A program made the translations under genes and the position numbers. From contig OZ244855.1 in the NCBI GenBank assembly GCA_965220975.1, positions 912,954 through 976,953 on the forward strand: a stretch of DNA of 64,000 nucleotides, in the 5' to 3' direction. The stretch comes from Candidatus Poriferihabitans sp. GTDB lineage: Bacteria > Pseudomonadota > Gammaproteobacteria > Arenicellales > Poriferihabitantaceae. The notes under the pieces are model-generated. The model made no database searches, was not told the origin of the DNA, and saw only the letters and a list, made by a program, of their open reading frames with translations. Shown in pieces: positions 51,591 to 60,867 of the stretch (its first letter is position 1; each line of letters starts with the position of its first letter).

Positions 51591-51692
51591 TAAAATTATC
51601 GGGTAAAACTTTGATAGACTTGTTCAACAATACGACAATTCGCCTTTTGAGCAAGTGCCAAGTACGCCCAAGAACAGATTATATGTGAGACA

Positions 51693-52196
51693 ATGAGCAA
51701 ACTGCTGCTGCTTTTACGCCATGCCAAATCAGACTGGTACAGTGGAGCGTACAACGATCATGTGCGGCCCTTGAATGAACGTGGCAGAAGAGATGCCCCG
51801 AGGATCGGCGCATGGATAGCGAGTTCCGGATATCTTCCAGATCGAATATTCTGCTCCGACGCAAAAAGAACAAGCGAAACATTGGAGCTGATTTTAGCTA
51901 CACGCGAATGGCAAAATCATGAACCGGAGATCTCCCACTTGCATCAACTCTACACGGCTTCTACAAAGTCTGTTTTGGGAATGATTCAGTCCAACTGGCA
52001 AAATGACGATACACTTTTGGTAGTTGGGCACAATCCGACCATGGATCAGCTCCTCATGCATTACTGTCCAGAAGCCCGCGCCAATCAGTCGGGTAAGTTG
52101 ATGACCACTGCAACAGTGGCAGTAATCGAAATTGCAAATGCAGAGTATTCTCGTTTGTTACATTTGATGCGCCCGTCTGAGCTGGAAAAAGGATAG
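51693..52196 (+). CDS. sixA: Phosphohistidine phosphatase SixA (histidine phosphatase superfamily)
   Basis: 167 aa with the LLRHAKS catalytic RHG-type motif and a later GHNP. Confidence 0.8.
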   Translation: MSKLLLLLRHAKSDWYSGAYNDHVRPLNERGRRDAPRIGAWIASSGYLPDRIFCSDAKRTSETLELILATREWQNHEPEISHLHQLYTASTKSVLGMIQSNWQNDDTLLVVGHNPTMDQLLMHYCPEARANQSGKLMTTATVAVIEIANAEYSRLLHLMRPSELEKG

Positions 52197-52556
52197 CCTT
52201 TGACGGGATGGCGATTTTTTCGCGTAATTTCAAGACTCACTTTTCCAGTTGAGCTCGATTTCGTATTATAATTTCCACTGGTTTGATAAGGGGCTGACTC
52301 AAAACTCCGCAATGGAAACTCGGATCCCTGCTTGGCTGCTGGAGGAAACTGTTTTGCAAACAGGTTGAAGATGCCGAATTTGCATGGCAAAAACCAATAG
52401 CTTGCAGAATAAAAAATCGATTGCTTCCAAGTGAGTCTTCGATTTCAATCGAGACCATGATTTCGAGTAAATAAACACTGCCTTTAATTTTTTTTGCCAA
52501 TCATGGTTCTTGAAGTGAACAGGGTTGGATTTGACTAGTTTTTCGAGAATGGATTA

Positions 52557-53579
52557 ATGGATGCAGATAAACAAAAAGCATTAGAAAATGCCATCGGTCA
52601 AATCGACCGTCAATTTGGCAAGGGCTCGCTGATGCGACTGGGTGATTCCGAAGTCGGCGAGGATATTCAAAGCTATTCTACCGGTTCAATCGGACTGGAT
52701 ATTGCTTTGGGAATAGGGGGGTTACCGCGAGGGCGGGTTGTTGAAATCTTTGGTCCTGAAGCCTCTGGAAAAACCACGCTTACCCTCTCGCTAATTGCCC
52801 AAGCTCAGAAAGCCGGTGGCACCGCTGCATTCATTGATGCGGAACATGCCCTGGATCCGGCATATGCTGAAAAAGTTGGTGTCAACCTGGACGAATTGCT
52901 GGTCTCGCAACCTGATACGGGTGAACAGGCTCTGGAAATCGCGGATATGCTTGTTCGGTCTGGTGCTGTAGATGTGATTGTTATCGACTCCGTTGCTGCA
53001 TTGACACCCAAGGCAGAAATCGAAGGGGACATGGGAGACAGCCATATGGGGCTCCAGGCAAGGTTGATGTCCCAAGCCTTACGCAAGTTGACTGGAATCA
53101 TGAAGCGCTCAAATACAATGGTGATTTTCATTAACCAGATTCGCATGAAGATCGGTGTAATGTTTGGAAATCCGGAGACGACTACTGGTGGAAATGCCTT
53201 GAAGTTCTACTCTTCAGTCCGGCTCGATATTCGCAGGATAGGCACGATCAAGAAAGGTGATGATGTCTATGGTAATCACACACGGGTAAAAGTTGTGAAA
53301 AACAAGGTTGCTCCACCTTTCAAGGAAGCTCAATTCGATATTCTGTATGCAGTAGGGATATCGCGAGAAGGGGAGTTGATTGATATTGGTGTTGACGAAG
53401 GCATTGTTGAAAAATCAGGGGCTTGGTATAGCTATGGCTCCGATCGAATTGGCCAAGGACGGGACAATGTCAGAGACTTTCTGCGCGAGAATCCAAAAAT
53501 TTCCTCAGAAATTGAAGAGGCTATAAGAAAAGCCAAAGGTATTGAACGTTCTCCAGTTGCAGAATCGGAAGGAAAATGA
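52557..53579 (+). CDS. recA: Recombinase RecA
   Basis: 340 aa with [18 protein letters not shown] and [28 protein letters not shown]. Confidence 0.98.
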   Translation: MDADKQKALENAIGQIDRQFGKGSLMRLGDSEVGEDIQSYSTGSIGLDIALGIGGLPRGRVVEIFGPEASGKTTLTLSLIAQAQKAGGTAAFIDAEHALDPAYAEKVGVNLDELLVSQPDTGEQALEIADMLVRSGAVDVIVIDSVAALTPKAEIEGDMGDSHMGLQARLMSQALRKLTGIMKRSNTMVIFINQIRMKIGVMFGNPETTTGGNALKFYSSVRLDIRRIGTIKKGDDVYGNHTRVKVVKNKVAPPFKEAQFDILYAVGISREGELIDIGVDEGIVEKSGAWYSYGSDRIGQGRDNVRDFLRENPKISSEIEEAIRKAKGIERSPVAESEGK

Positions 53580-53657
53580 CTTGCAGGAAGTCCGTATATT
53601 CTCGTGATCACTGTCATGCGATCGAGCAACTTTACCCGAACCAATTCATAGCCGGTT

Positions 53658-54107
53658 GTGTCTGAACAGGCTGTAAATTCGCTTGTTCAGAAAGCGTATA
53701 AACTTCTCGCAAAACGTGAGTACAGTTATCATGAACTGTTGCAACGGTTCTTGAAACAGTCATCACAGGAAATTTGTGAAGAGGCCATGCTTCAGTTGGT
53801 CAGTGAAGGCGCTCAATCGGACGATCGGTATGCAGAATCTTTATGCAGATCGCGTTATAGTGCTGGTAAAGGACCGGTGTTGGTTCGTTATGAGCTTCGC
53901 AGCCAACAGATAGATGATGAGTTGATTGAAAAGGCAATGGAACCCTATTTGAATGAATGGTCAGCCCTCGCTGAACAGGTTCGACGCAAGAAATTTGGAG
54001 AAGAGTTGCCAAAAGAATATTCCAACTTAACCAGGCAATTGCGTTTTCTTCAACAGCGAGGATTTGGACGGGATGAACTCGCTCAATATTCTGCTGGCAG
54101 TTTCTAG
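53658..54107 (+). CDS. recX: RecA regulator RecX
   Basis: 149 aa helical-repeat protein immediately after recA. YSYHELLQRF and DDRYAESL are typical. Confidence 0.85.
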   Translation: MSEQAVNSLVQKAYKLLAKREYSYHELLQRFLKQSSQEICEEAMLQLVSEGAQSDDRYAESLCRSRYSAGKGPVLVRYELRSQQIDDELIEKAMEPYLNEWSALAEQVRRKKFGEELPKEYSNLTRQLRFLQQRGFGRDELAQYSAGSF

Positions 54108-54120
54108 TTGACTGAACCAA

Positions 54121-56721
54121 ATGAAAACCACCCAAATTCGAAGACTCTTTCTTGATTTCTTTGCCCGTAACGGTCATGAAATTGTAGAGAGCAGTTCCCT
54201 GGTACCTGGCAATGACCCAACTTTGCTGTTTACCAATTCCGGCATGGTTCAATTCAAGGATGTATTCCTGGGTGTTGAAAAACGTCCATACAAACGCGCG
54301 GTAACGGCTCAACGCTGTGTACGGGCAGGGGGGAAACACAATGATCTTGAAAATGTGGGTTTTACAGCTCGTCATCATACATTTTTCGAGATGCTTGGAA
54401 ACTTCAGTTTCGGTGATTATTTCAAGGATGAGGCCATCCGACTTGCCTGGGAACTCTTGACCGTCGACTTTGCGCTACCCGCGGAACGATTATCGGTTAC
54501 TGTTTTCGATAAGGACGATGAAGCCGAATCAATCTGGGCCAATCAAATCGGACTTCCATCGGAACGGATTACCCGCATTGGAAGCAAAGACAATTTCTGG
54601 CAAATGGGTGATACCGGACCTTGTGGCCCCTGTTCGGAAATATTTTACGATCATGGCCCGGAAATTCCTGGTGGACCACCCGGAACGCCGGATGAGGAAG
54701 GTGATCGATTTATCGAAATCTGGAATCTGGTATTCATGCAATACAACCGACAATCGGACGGAACTCTTGTGCCGCTTCCTGCACCTTCGGTAGATACCGG
54801 AATGGGTCTTGAACGGATCGCTGCTGTACTCCAACATGTCCACAGCAATTATGAAATTGACCTGTTTGCCAACCTGATTCAGAAAACCGCAAGGATTATC
54901 GGCATTGACAATCTCGACAGCAAATCCTTGCGAGTAATCGTCGACCATATTCGTTCAACTGCATGCCTTGTTGCTGACGGTGTATTACCGTCAAACGAAG
55001 GGAGAGGATATGTCTTGCGCCGGATTATTCGTCGTGCCGTCCGACATGGCCATCAGGCGGGATGCAAAGAGCCATTTCTGCATTTGCTTGTATCACCATT
55101 AATTGAGTATATGGATGGCGCTGTTCCTGATCTCGAGTCTTCCCAGGGACATATAGAAAAAGTGCTAAGACAGGAAAACGAAAAATTCAATGAGACGCTC
55201 GAACAGGGTCTTGGAATACTGGACAGGGTGATTGAACAGAATCCCGGGCAATCGATTCCGGGCGAAATCGCCTTTCGTCTCTATGACACATATGGCTTCC
55301 CGATTGATCTGACAGCGGATGTTGTTCGAGAACATGGCATTGAAGTAGACATGGAGGGATTTCATCAGCAAATGGAACAGCAGAGAACCCGGGCTAGAGA
55401 AGCCAACCGGTTTGTTCAGAATGAATCCATTGCGATTCAAACTACAGAGCCTACGGAATTCGTTGGATATGAGACGTTAGATGGGAGTGTAAAAATCCAG
55501 GAGATATTGGTGAATGATGGGCCCGCCGAACAAATCACTGAGAGCCAAACTGGAATCTTGATACTCGACCGCACTCCGTTTTATGCAGAGAGCGGAGGTC
55601 AGGTAGGAGATTCCGGTGAAATCATGACCGAGAGCGGAAAGTTTGAAGTCGTGGATACTCGTTATCTCGGGTACAAGACAATTGGGCATTTTGGTCAACT
55701 GAAATCCGGATCGATTTTACTGGGACAAGACGGCCGAGCGCAAGTTCGGGATCTCGAACGTCAATCTAGTGCGAACAATCACTCAGCAACTCACCTCCTT
55801 CATGCGGCTCTTAAATCGGTGTTGGGTGAACATGTAGAGCAGAAAGGTTCGTTGGTTGAACCAGGCCGCTTGCGATTTGACTTTTCTCATTATGAATCAA
55901 TCAATCCCGAACAATTGGGCCAAATTGAATCCTTGGTCAATGACAATATCCGCGCCAATCATAGCGTATCCGTTCGAGTCATGGATCTGGACAGAGCGAA
56001 GGAAGCAGGAGCAGAAGCCTTGTTCGGTGAAAAATATGATGAGCAAGTAAGAACCATTCGGATGGGAGAGTTTTCTTTTGAGCTGTGTGGCGGAACGCAT
56101 GTTCAGAGAACCGGTGATATTGGATATTTCAAAATTGTTTCTGAATCTGCAATCGCGGCAGGAATTCGACGAATTGAAGCTGTGACAGGTGAGGCAGCTG
56201 TAACACACAGTGAACAGCAATCAACCCTAATTCAGTCCTTGGCTGGGTTGTTGAACAGTAGCCAGGAAAATCTTGTAGATCGTATTCGATCGATGCATGA
56301 TCTTAATCGACGTCAGCAAAAACAGATTCAGGAGCTACAGGCGCAACTGGCCTCAGGTGGGGCAGGACAAACCATTCATGAAATTGGCAATGCAAAGCTG
56401 GTAGTCGTCAGGATGGATGACTCAGACATCAAATCCATGCGGATGGCCGTTGACCAATGGAGAAATCGATTGGGCAGTGGTATTGCAGTAGTAGGCGGAA
56501 TTACGGAGGGCAAAGCTACATTTATTGCTGGAACTAGCAAAGACCTGGCCAAACAAATCTCTGCGTCAGAGTTGATCTCACACGTAGCATCGAAAGTTGG
56601 TGGAAGGGGGGGAGGTCGACCGGATATGGCGCAAGGTGGCGGACCAAATACCGACCAGCTTGAAGATGCTCTGAAAGGGGTTCAGTCCTGGATTCAGGAT
56701 AATCTCCGTGAGATCAGTTGA
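54121..56721 (+). CDS. alaS: Alanine--tRNA ligase
   Basis: 866 aa with FTNSGMVQFKD, class II motifs, the editing-domain HSATHLLH and a C-terminal DHHA1-like GGGRPDMAQGGG. Confidence 0.98.
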   Translation: MKTTQIRRLFLDFFARNGHEIVESSSLVPGNDPTLLFTNSGMVQFKDVFLGVEKRPYKRAVTAQRCVRAGGKHNDLENVGFTARHHTFFEMLGNFSFGDYFKDEAIRLAWELLTVDFALPAERLSVTVFDKDDEAESIWANQIGLPSERITRIGSKDNFWQMGDTGPCGPCSEIFYDHGPEIPGGPPGTPDEEGDRFIEIWNLVFMQYNRQSDGTLVPLPAPSVDTGMGLERIAAVLQHVHSNYEIDLFANLIQKTARIIGIDNLDSKSLRVIVDHIRSTACLVADGVLPSNEGRGYVLRRIIRRAVRHGHQAGCKEPFLHLLVSPLIEYMDGAVPDLESSQGHIEKVLRQENEKFNETLEQGLGILDRVIEQNPGQSIPGEIAFRLYDTYGFPIDLTADVVREHGIEVDMEGFHQQMEQQRTRAREANRFVQNESIAIQTTEPTEFVGYETLDGSVKIQEILVNDGPAEQITESQTGILILDRTPFYAESGGQVGDSGEIMTESGKFEVVDTRYLGYKTIGHFGQLKSGSILLGQDGRAQVRDLERQSSANNHSATHLLHAALKSVLGEHVEQKGSLVEPGRLRFDFSHYESINPEQLGQIESLVNDNIRANHSVSVRVMDLDRAKEAGAEALFGEKYDEQVRTIRMGEFSFELCGGTHVQRTGDIGYFKIVSESAIAAGIRRIEAVTGEAAVTHSEQQSTLIQSLAGLLNSSQENLVDRIRSMHDLNRRQQKQIQELQAQLASGGAGQTIHEIGNAKLVVVRMDDSDIKSMRMAVDQWRNRLGSGIAVVGGITEGKATFIAGTSKDLAKQISASELISHVASKVGGRGGGRPDMAQGGGPNTDQLEDALKGVQSWIQDNLREIS

Positions 56722-56745
56722 GTCCCATCATGATTAGAGTTATCC

Positions 56746-57978
56746 TTGTCAATTATTGTTGAAAAATATGGAGGGACTTCGGTCGGTTCAATCGAACGTA
56801 TCCAGTCCGTTTCGAAAATCATAGCCGAACAAGTTCGCCATGGCTACAAACCTGTGGTGGTCGTTTCAGCCATGAGCGGTGAGACCAATCGACTGGTTAA
56901 ACTTGCGAAATCAATGACCGCCCGACCATCTAGCCGGGAGATGGATACATTGCTGTCAACAGGCGAACAAGTGACGATTGCCCTGTTGGCATTTGCATTA
57001 CAGGATTTGGAGATTCCAGCTCAATCATTTACAGGTTTTCAGGTTCCAATTGTTACCGACTCGGTTCATGGTCGAGCGCGTATTACCAATATTGAAGTAG
57101 AGTCGATCAATGCTGTGCTGGATGCTGGGAAAGTCGCTGTAGTTGCCGGTTTTCAGGGGTTAAGCCCCAGCAATGAGATAACCACGCTCGGTCGAGGTGG
57201 ATCTGATACTACTGCTGTTGCTCTGGCAGTAGCATTGAAAGCGAAAGAATGTCGCATATATACCGACGTTGATGGGGTCTATACAGCGGATCCGCGCGTG
57301 GTCGAGGGTGCGGCACGAATACCAAGAATTACATATGAAGAAATGCTCGAGATGTCGGGGTCTGGAGCCAAGGTCATGCAAATTCGCGCGGTGGAGTTTG
57401 CAAGTAAATATGAGATACCCTTGCGAGTCCTGTCGTCATTTGAACCAAATGAAGGAACTATAATCACCAAAGAGGAGGACATTATGGAACAGCCAAAAAT
57501 CTCTGGCATCACTTCGGTAGATGGTGAAGCCAAAGTTACAGTTCGTGGCGTACCGGATAGGCCGGGTATCGCTTACAGTATTCTTGGTCCAATTTCTGAC
57601 GCACATATTAATGTAGACATGATTGTTCAGAATATCGGCACTGATGACACCACCGACCTGACATTTACGGTCAATCAGGATGATTTGAATACTGCTTTGA
57701 AGGTTCTGGCTCCGGTGGTTAAGAAACTTGATGCAGAAACTGTGGTCGGGGATAAAAATCTTGCCAAAATATCCGTGATCGGAGTGGGCATGCGCTCACA
57801 TGCCGGAATTGCAACTACCATGTTCAAGGCTCTGGCAGAGAAGGGGATCAATATTCAGATCATTTCGACCTCGGAAATCAAAATATCCGTCACGATAGAT
57901 CGCGAGTATCGAGAGCTGGCAGTTCGAACTCTGCATAATGCATTTCGACTTGAAGAAAGAGGTAAAAAAGAGCGATAA
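56746..57978 (+). CDS. lysC: Aspartate kinase
   Basis: 410 aa with a TTG start. VEKYGGTSVG, GRGGSDTTA and two C-terminal ACT domains. Confidence 0.93.
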   Translation: MSIIVEKYGGTSVGSIERIQSVSKIIAEQVRHGYKPVVVVSAMSGETNRLVKLAKSMTARPSSREMDTLLSTGEQVTIALLAFALQDLEIPAQSFTGFQVPIVTDSVHGRARITNIEVESINAVLDAGKVAVVAGFQGLSPSNEITTLGRGGSDTTAVALAVALKAKECRIYTDVDGVYTADPRVVEGAARIPRITYEEMLEMSGSGAKVMQIRAVEFASKYEIPLRVLSSFEPNEGTIITKEEDIMEQPKISGITSVDGEAKVTVRGVPDRPGIAYSILGPISDAHINVDMIVQNIGTDDTTDLTFTVNQDDLNTALKVLAPVVKKLDAETVVGDKNLAKISVIGVGMRSHAGIATTMFKALAEKGINIQIISTSEIKISVTIDREYRELAVRTLHNAFRLEERGKKER

Positions 57979-58110
57979 TCGCAACTATGAGTTGCTGAGA
58001 GTCTGGATGCAGGACGCTACACATAAAAAGGTTCGCAGGTGAGCGACTGAACGAAATCCTGGTTCAAGCATATATTATTAGACCCAAGTAAAAATATCGG
58101 GGGTAAAAAC

Positions 58111-58353
58111 ATGTTAATCTTAACTCGACGCATAGGAGAATCTGTATACATTGGAGATGACATACGATTGACGATTCTCGGGGTAAGAGGGACGCAGGTA
58201 CGGATTGGAATCAATGCTCCAAAAGAGGTTCCGGTTCATCGAGAGGAGATTTATCACCGCATAAAGAATGAGCCGGAGAGTGGGGACAATTTCGAGGATG
58301 AATCAGAGATCGATGTTGATTCCGAAGAGTTAGGCAAGGATCATGAAACTTAA
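58111..58353 (+). CDS. csrA: Carbon storage regulator CsrA with an acidic C-terminal extension
   Basis: [48 protein letters not shown], followed by about 25 extra mostly acidic residues. Confidence 0.93.
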   Translation: MLILTRRIGESVYIGDDIRLTILGVRGTQVRIGINAPKEVPVHREEIYHRIKNEPESGDNFEDESEIDVDSEELGKDHET

Positions 58354-58455
58354 TTGATTTAGACGCAAGCCTCGATTGCGAATCATGGTCTGATTTGAGT
58401 ACCGATAGCAACCACACTTGAAAACCTGGTTGCTATAATGAATTTTTCAAAATCT

Positions 58456-58545
58456 GGAGAGGTGGCCGAGCGGCTGAAGGCGCTCCCCTGCTAAGGGAGT
58501 ATACGTTAACGCGTATCGAGGGTTCGAATCCCTCTCTCTCCGCCA
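58456..58545 (+). tRNA. tRNA-Ser (anticodon GCU)
   Basis: Cloverleaf read by eye: acceptor GGAGAGG/TCTCTCC, anticodon loop CUGCUAA, long variable arm, T-arm GAGGGTTCGAATCCCTC, encoded CCA. Follows csrA as in enterobacteria. Confidence 0.9.
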
Positions 58546-58771
58546 CCGATGTTAGAGGCTTTGCCCCTATCCGCGTATTCATATTTGAACGCAAAGGGTT
58601 CAACTTGACCTATTCGACGTGTAGTTCAAAACATGCATTTGCATGGAACTGCAAGTCAGACGAGTTCTGCAGACGTGATTCAAAACTTTGTTCGCTGCCA
58701 AGTTCAAGCCCGAAGTGCAACACTGCAGTTAGTTGAACAATACTGCCCATCCTTGGAACACTGATCAAGAA

Positions 58772-59161
58772 ATGAGCCAAACCAAACAACAGGATTGTAT
58801 TTTCTGCAATAAGCCAGAATCCAAGATGGTGTTTAAAAACGAGTTCGCTTATGCAGTCCGTGACGGGCATCCCGTAACTGAACTTCATACCCTGATCATC
58901 CCTAGACGATGTGTGCCAACCTACTTTGATCTGACCGAAAACGAAATTCGTGATTGCCAAAAGCTGTTGAAGCTAGCTCGTCGAGATATCCTTAATATTG
59001 ACAAATCGGTCACCGGGTTCAATATCGGAATAAATGTTGGAAAAGACGCTGGACAAAGCATATTCCATTGTCATATTCATCTCATTCCGAGAAGAAAAGG
59101 AGATGTCGAGGAGCCTCGTGGGGGAGTGCGTGGTGTCATACCGCATAAACAGAAATACTAA
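58772..59161 (+). CDS. HIT-family (histidine triad) nucleotide hydrolase/transferase
   Basis: N-terminal CIFC and the histidine triad HCHIHLIPR. Start chosen at ATG 58772. Confidence 0.82.
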   Translation: MSQTKQQDCIFCNKPESKMVFKNEFAYAVRDGHPVTELHTLIIPRRCVPTYFDLTENEIRDCQKLLKLARRDILNIDKSVTGFNIGINVGKDAGQSIFHCHIHLIPRRKGDVEEPRGGVRGVIPHKQKY

Positions 59162-59563
59162 CTGCTGGTCGGTTTGATGAACGACCCTGAGGGATTGCTA
59201 AAACTTATGCCGAGATGACAGTTTTATCGGGATTGACTAGCCTTGCGGCCAGCTCCAGTGCATCTTGCGGCCAAAAACATTCCGGCCTGGGTTTGGCTAC
59301 TCCATCTACACCTGCCTCTGGACGACAATTGAACACCCGTTCAGCCCAGTCAGTTACCTTCTTTAGCGGATAGTTGGCGCCAAATATTCCAAGAGGGCTA
59401 ACACGCATCAAGGCTCCATTGGCTTGGCTTTCAAAATCTAGATTATCTTGCAGTACATTGCAGATCGGTCAATCACAATCAGATGGACCGGAATCGAGCC
59501 AGTATTGGTATTGCAGGAATGGGCAGTGTCTCGGTTTGAAAATCATGCTTGCATGGGAAAAGG

Positions 59564-59590
59564 GCGGCCTGCGGGCCGCCCCTCGAATGC
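59564..59590 (-). terminator. Rho-independent terminator of the cassette gene
   Basis: On the minus strand: GGGCGGCC-CGCA-GGCCGCCC followed by TTTTCCC, 18 nt after the stop codon and next to the left TIR. Confidence 0.7.
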
Positions 59591-59607
59591 GCGTTGCCGG
59601 ACGGAAG

Positions 59608-60436
59608 TCAGAAGCGCACATCGACGGTGACATCGCAGTATTCGACATACCCGGGACCGCCGCGTTGCCGCCATGCCTCGGAGGGCCAGCGCCGCGGGCC
59701 GCAATGGCGGGCATGCTGAAAGGTGGCTCCATAGCCGAATAGATGTAAAATCTCTGGATTACGTATCAAGTTTCTGCCTGCGCCATCCTTGAATGAGCGA
59801 CATACCCGGCCGCCGCTAATGCAGACATTGCCCCAGATCCGGATGTTGAAGATGCCGTTGCTCGGGGTCCGGGCGATCGAGTCAGGAACAGCAGTCTGCT
59901 GTTTACGCGTCTTCCCAGTGTACTGGCCATCGCTAGGCAGGTTCTCGTCCGTCTCTTCATTGCACGTCGGATACCCGTGGTTGGCGGTGAAGGTCCTGCC
60001 CATGAAGGTCACGCTCCGCGAGCACTTGCGGGCTGTCCAGGTGGGGCAGGCGCGGGCGATGGCCCCGCCGCGGGAATAGGTGCCGGTCGCGTTGTGGAAT
60101 TCGACCGGTTGCCCCGGGCCCGGAGTGTGGGCGCACTTGAAGTCGTCTCCCACGCCGAAGGTCGTGGTCGAGCCCGCAGGACCGGGCAGGACCTCGATCT
60201 TCAGGTTCCGGACCAGGCCAGTCCAGGTTCTGCCTTGAACTGTTGGAGCGGACCGGACCAGGTCCTGATTCAGTCCGGTGACGTAAGTGGGGGCGGCCTG
60301 CAGAACCCGTGAATGGGTGATCGCGGCCTGCTGGATTTGTTGTGCCGATGCGGGCAGGGAAAGGGCCGTGCTCAGCAGAATGGCGGCGAAAGCCTTGAGA
60401 AAGGGCGGGGGGGGGGGGGGGGGTAAAGTGTGTCAT
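59608..60436 (-). CDS. Secreted 8-cysteine protein (paralog 2), out of frame at a 5' poly-C tract (phase-OFF as sequenced)
   Basis: ATG 60436, then ACA CAC TTT A, then C17. The frame encoding FLKAFAAILLSTALSLPASAQQ...GVGDDFKC...EYCDVTVDVRF* is open from 60432 to 59608 but is +1 relative to the ATG. 16 or 19 C would join them (about 275 aa). Confidence 0.7.
60407..60423. repeat. Homopolymeric G17 tract (C17 on the coding strand)
   Basis: Counted directly: 4+10+3 G across the line breaks. Lies between the start codon and the signal-peptide-coding part of the cassette gene. Confidence 0.9.
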
Positions 60437-60469
60437 GGTATGTAACCGTCTAAGTTTGCCTATGGCATT

Positions 60470-60498
60470 ATTCTATCACTTTCCTAATCCGAAAGCAA
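60470..60498 (-). promoter_or_regulatory. Sigma-70-like promoter inside the cassette
   Basis: On the minus strand: TTGCTT (60498-60493), a 17-nt spacer ending in TG-A, then TAGAAT (60475-60470). Lies about 34 nt upstream of ATG 60436. Confidence 0.5.
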
Positions 60499-60867
60499 AG
60501 ATTGATTTTCAAACCGAGCCACTACCCAGGAATGCCATATCTGGGTCGTATTTACGGGCCTCAGCAAGCATTCGAGCTAATAACAATGCCATTTCAGAAT
60601 CGTCCGTCGGCTGTCCGGCAAGTGTTTTCCATATTGGACTACCATTGACTTCCCGAAGCCCGTCAGGGTAGTTATTTCGAATACTTTCAGGAGTCTCGAA
60701 CTCCACTTGACTGCCGAGAGCTTCCCAACCAACAACCCAACCAAACAACCTTGTGCTTTATTCAAAACTTCAGGATTGATGGTCATTGCTTCATTTTCCC
60801 AGGGCATATTCTCTTTTTCAATTGAAGTATCATAAAAAACATAAGGGAATTATATACAAAAGTCACA

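Larger units (their letters stand above)
59522..60526 (-). mobile_element. Transposase-less TIR cassette (mobile insertion cassette-like) carrying one secreted-protein gene
   Basis: 24-bp TIRs matching at 22/24 positions (59522-59545 and 60503-60526). 8-bp TSD CAGGAATG at 59514-59521 and 60527-60534. The interior consists of a promoter, one ORF and a terminator only. Confidence 0.85.
59205..60786 (-). pseudogene. ADP-ribosylglycohydrolase-family gene inactivated by a frameshift, a cassette insertion and an in-frame TGA
   Basis: The N-terminus MTINPEVLNKAQGCLVGLLVG shifts frame at about 60724-60726 to EALGSQVEF...AGQPTDDSEMALLLARML. The 1,005-bp cassette interrupts after ...YDPDMAFL and the reading phase is preserved across the TSD. 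A TGA lies at 59469-59471. SQANGALMRVSPLGIFG follows. Confidence 0.7.

Noticed and set aside
52349-52363. Palindrome CTGTTTTGCAAACAG upstream of recA as a possible LexA SOS box
   Set aside because: It is CTG-N9-CAG (15 bp), not the 16-bp CTG-N10-CAG gammaproteobacterial box. It also lies about 190 bp upstream of the recA start. It cannot be called without a genome-wide motif model.
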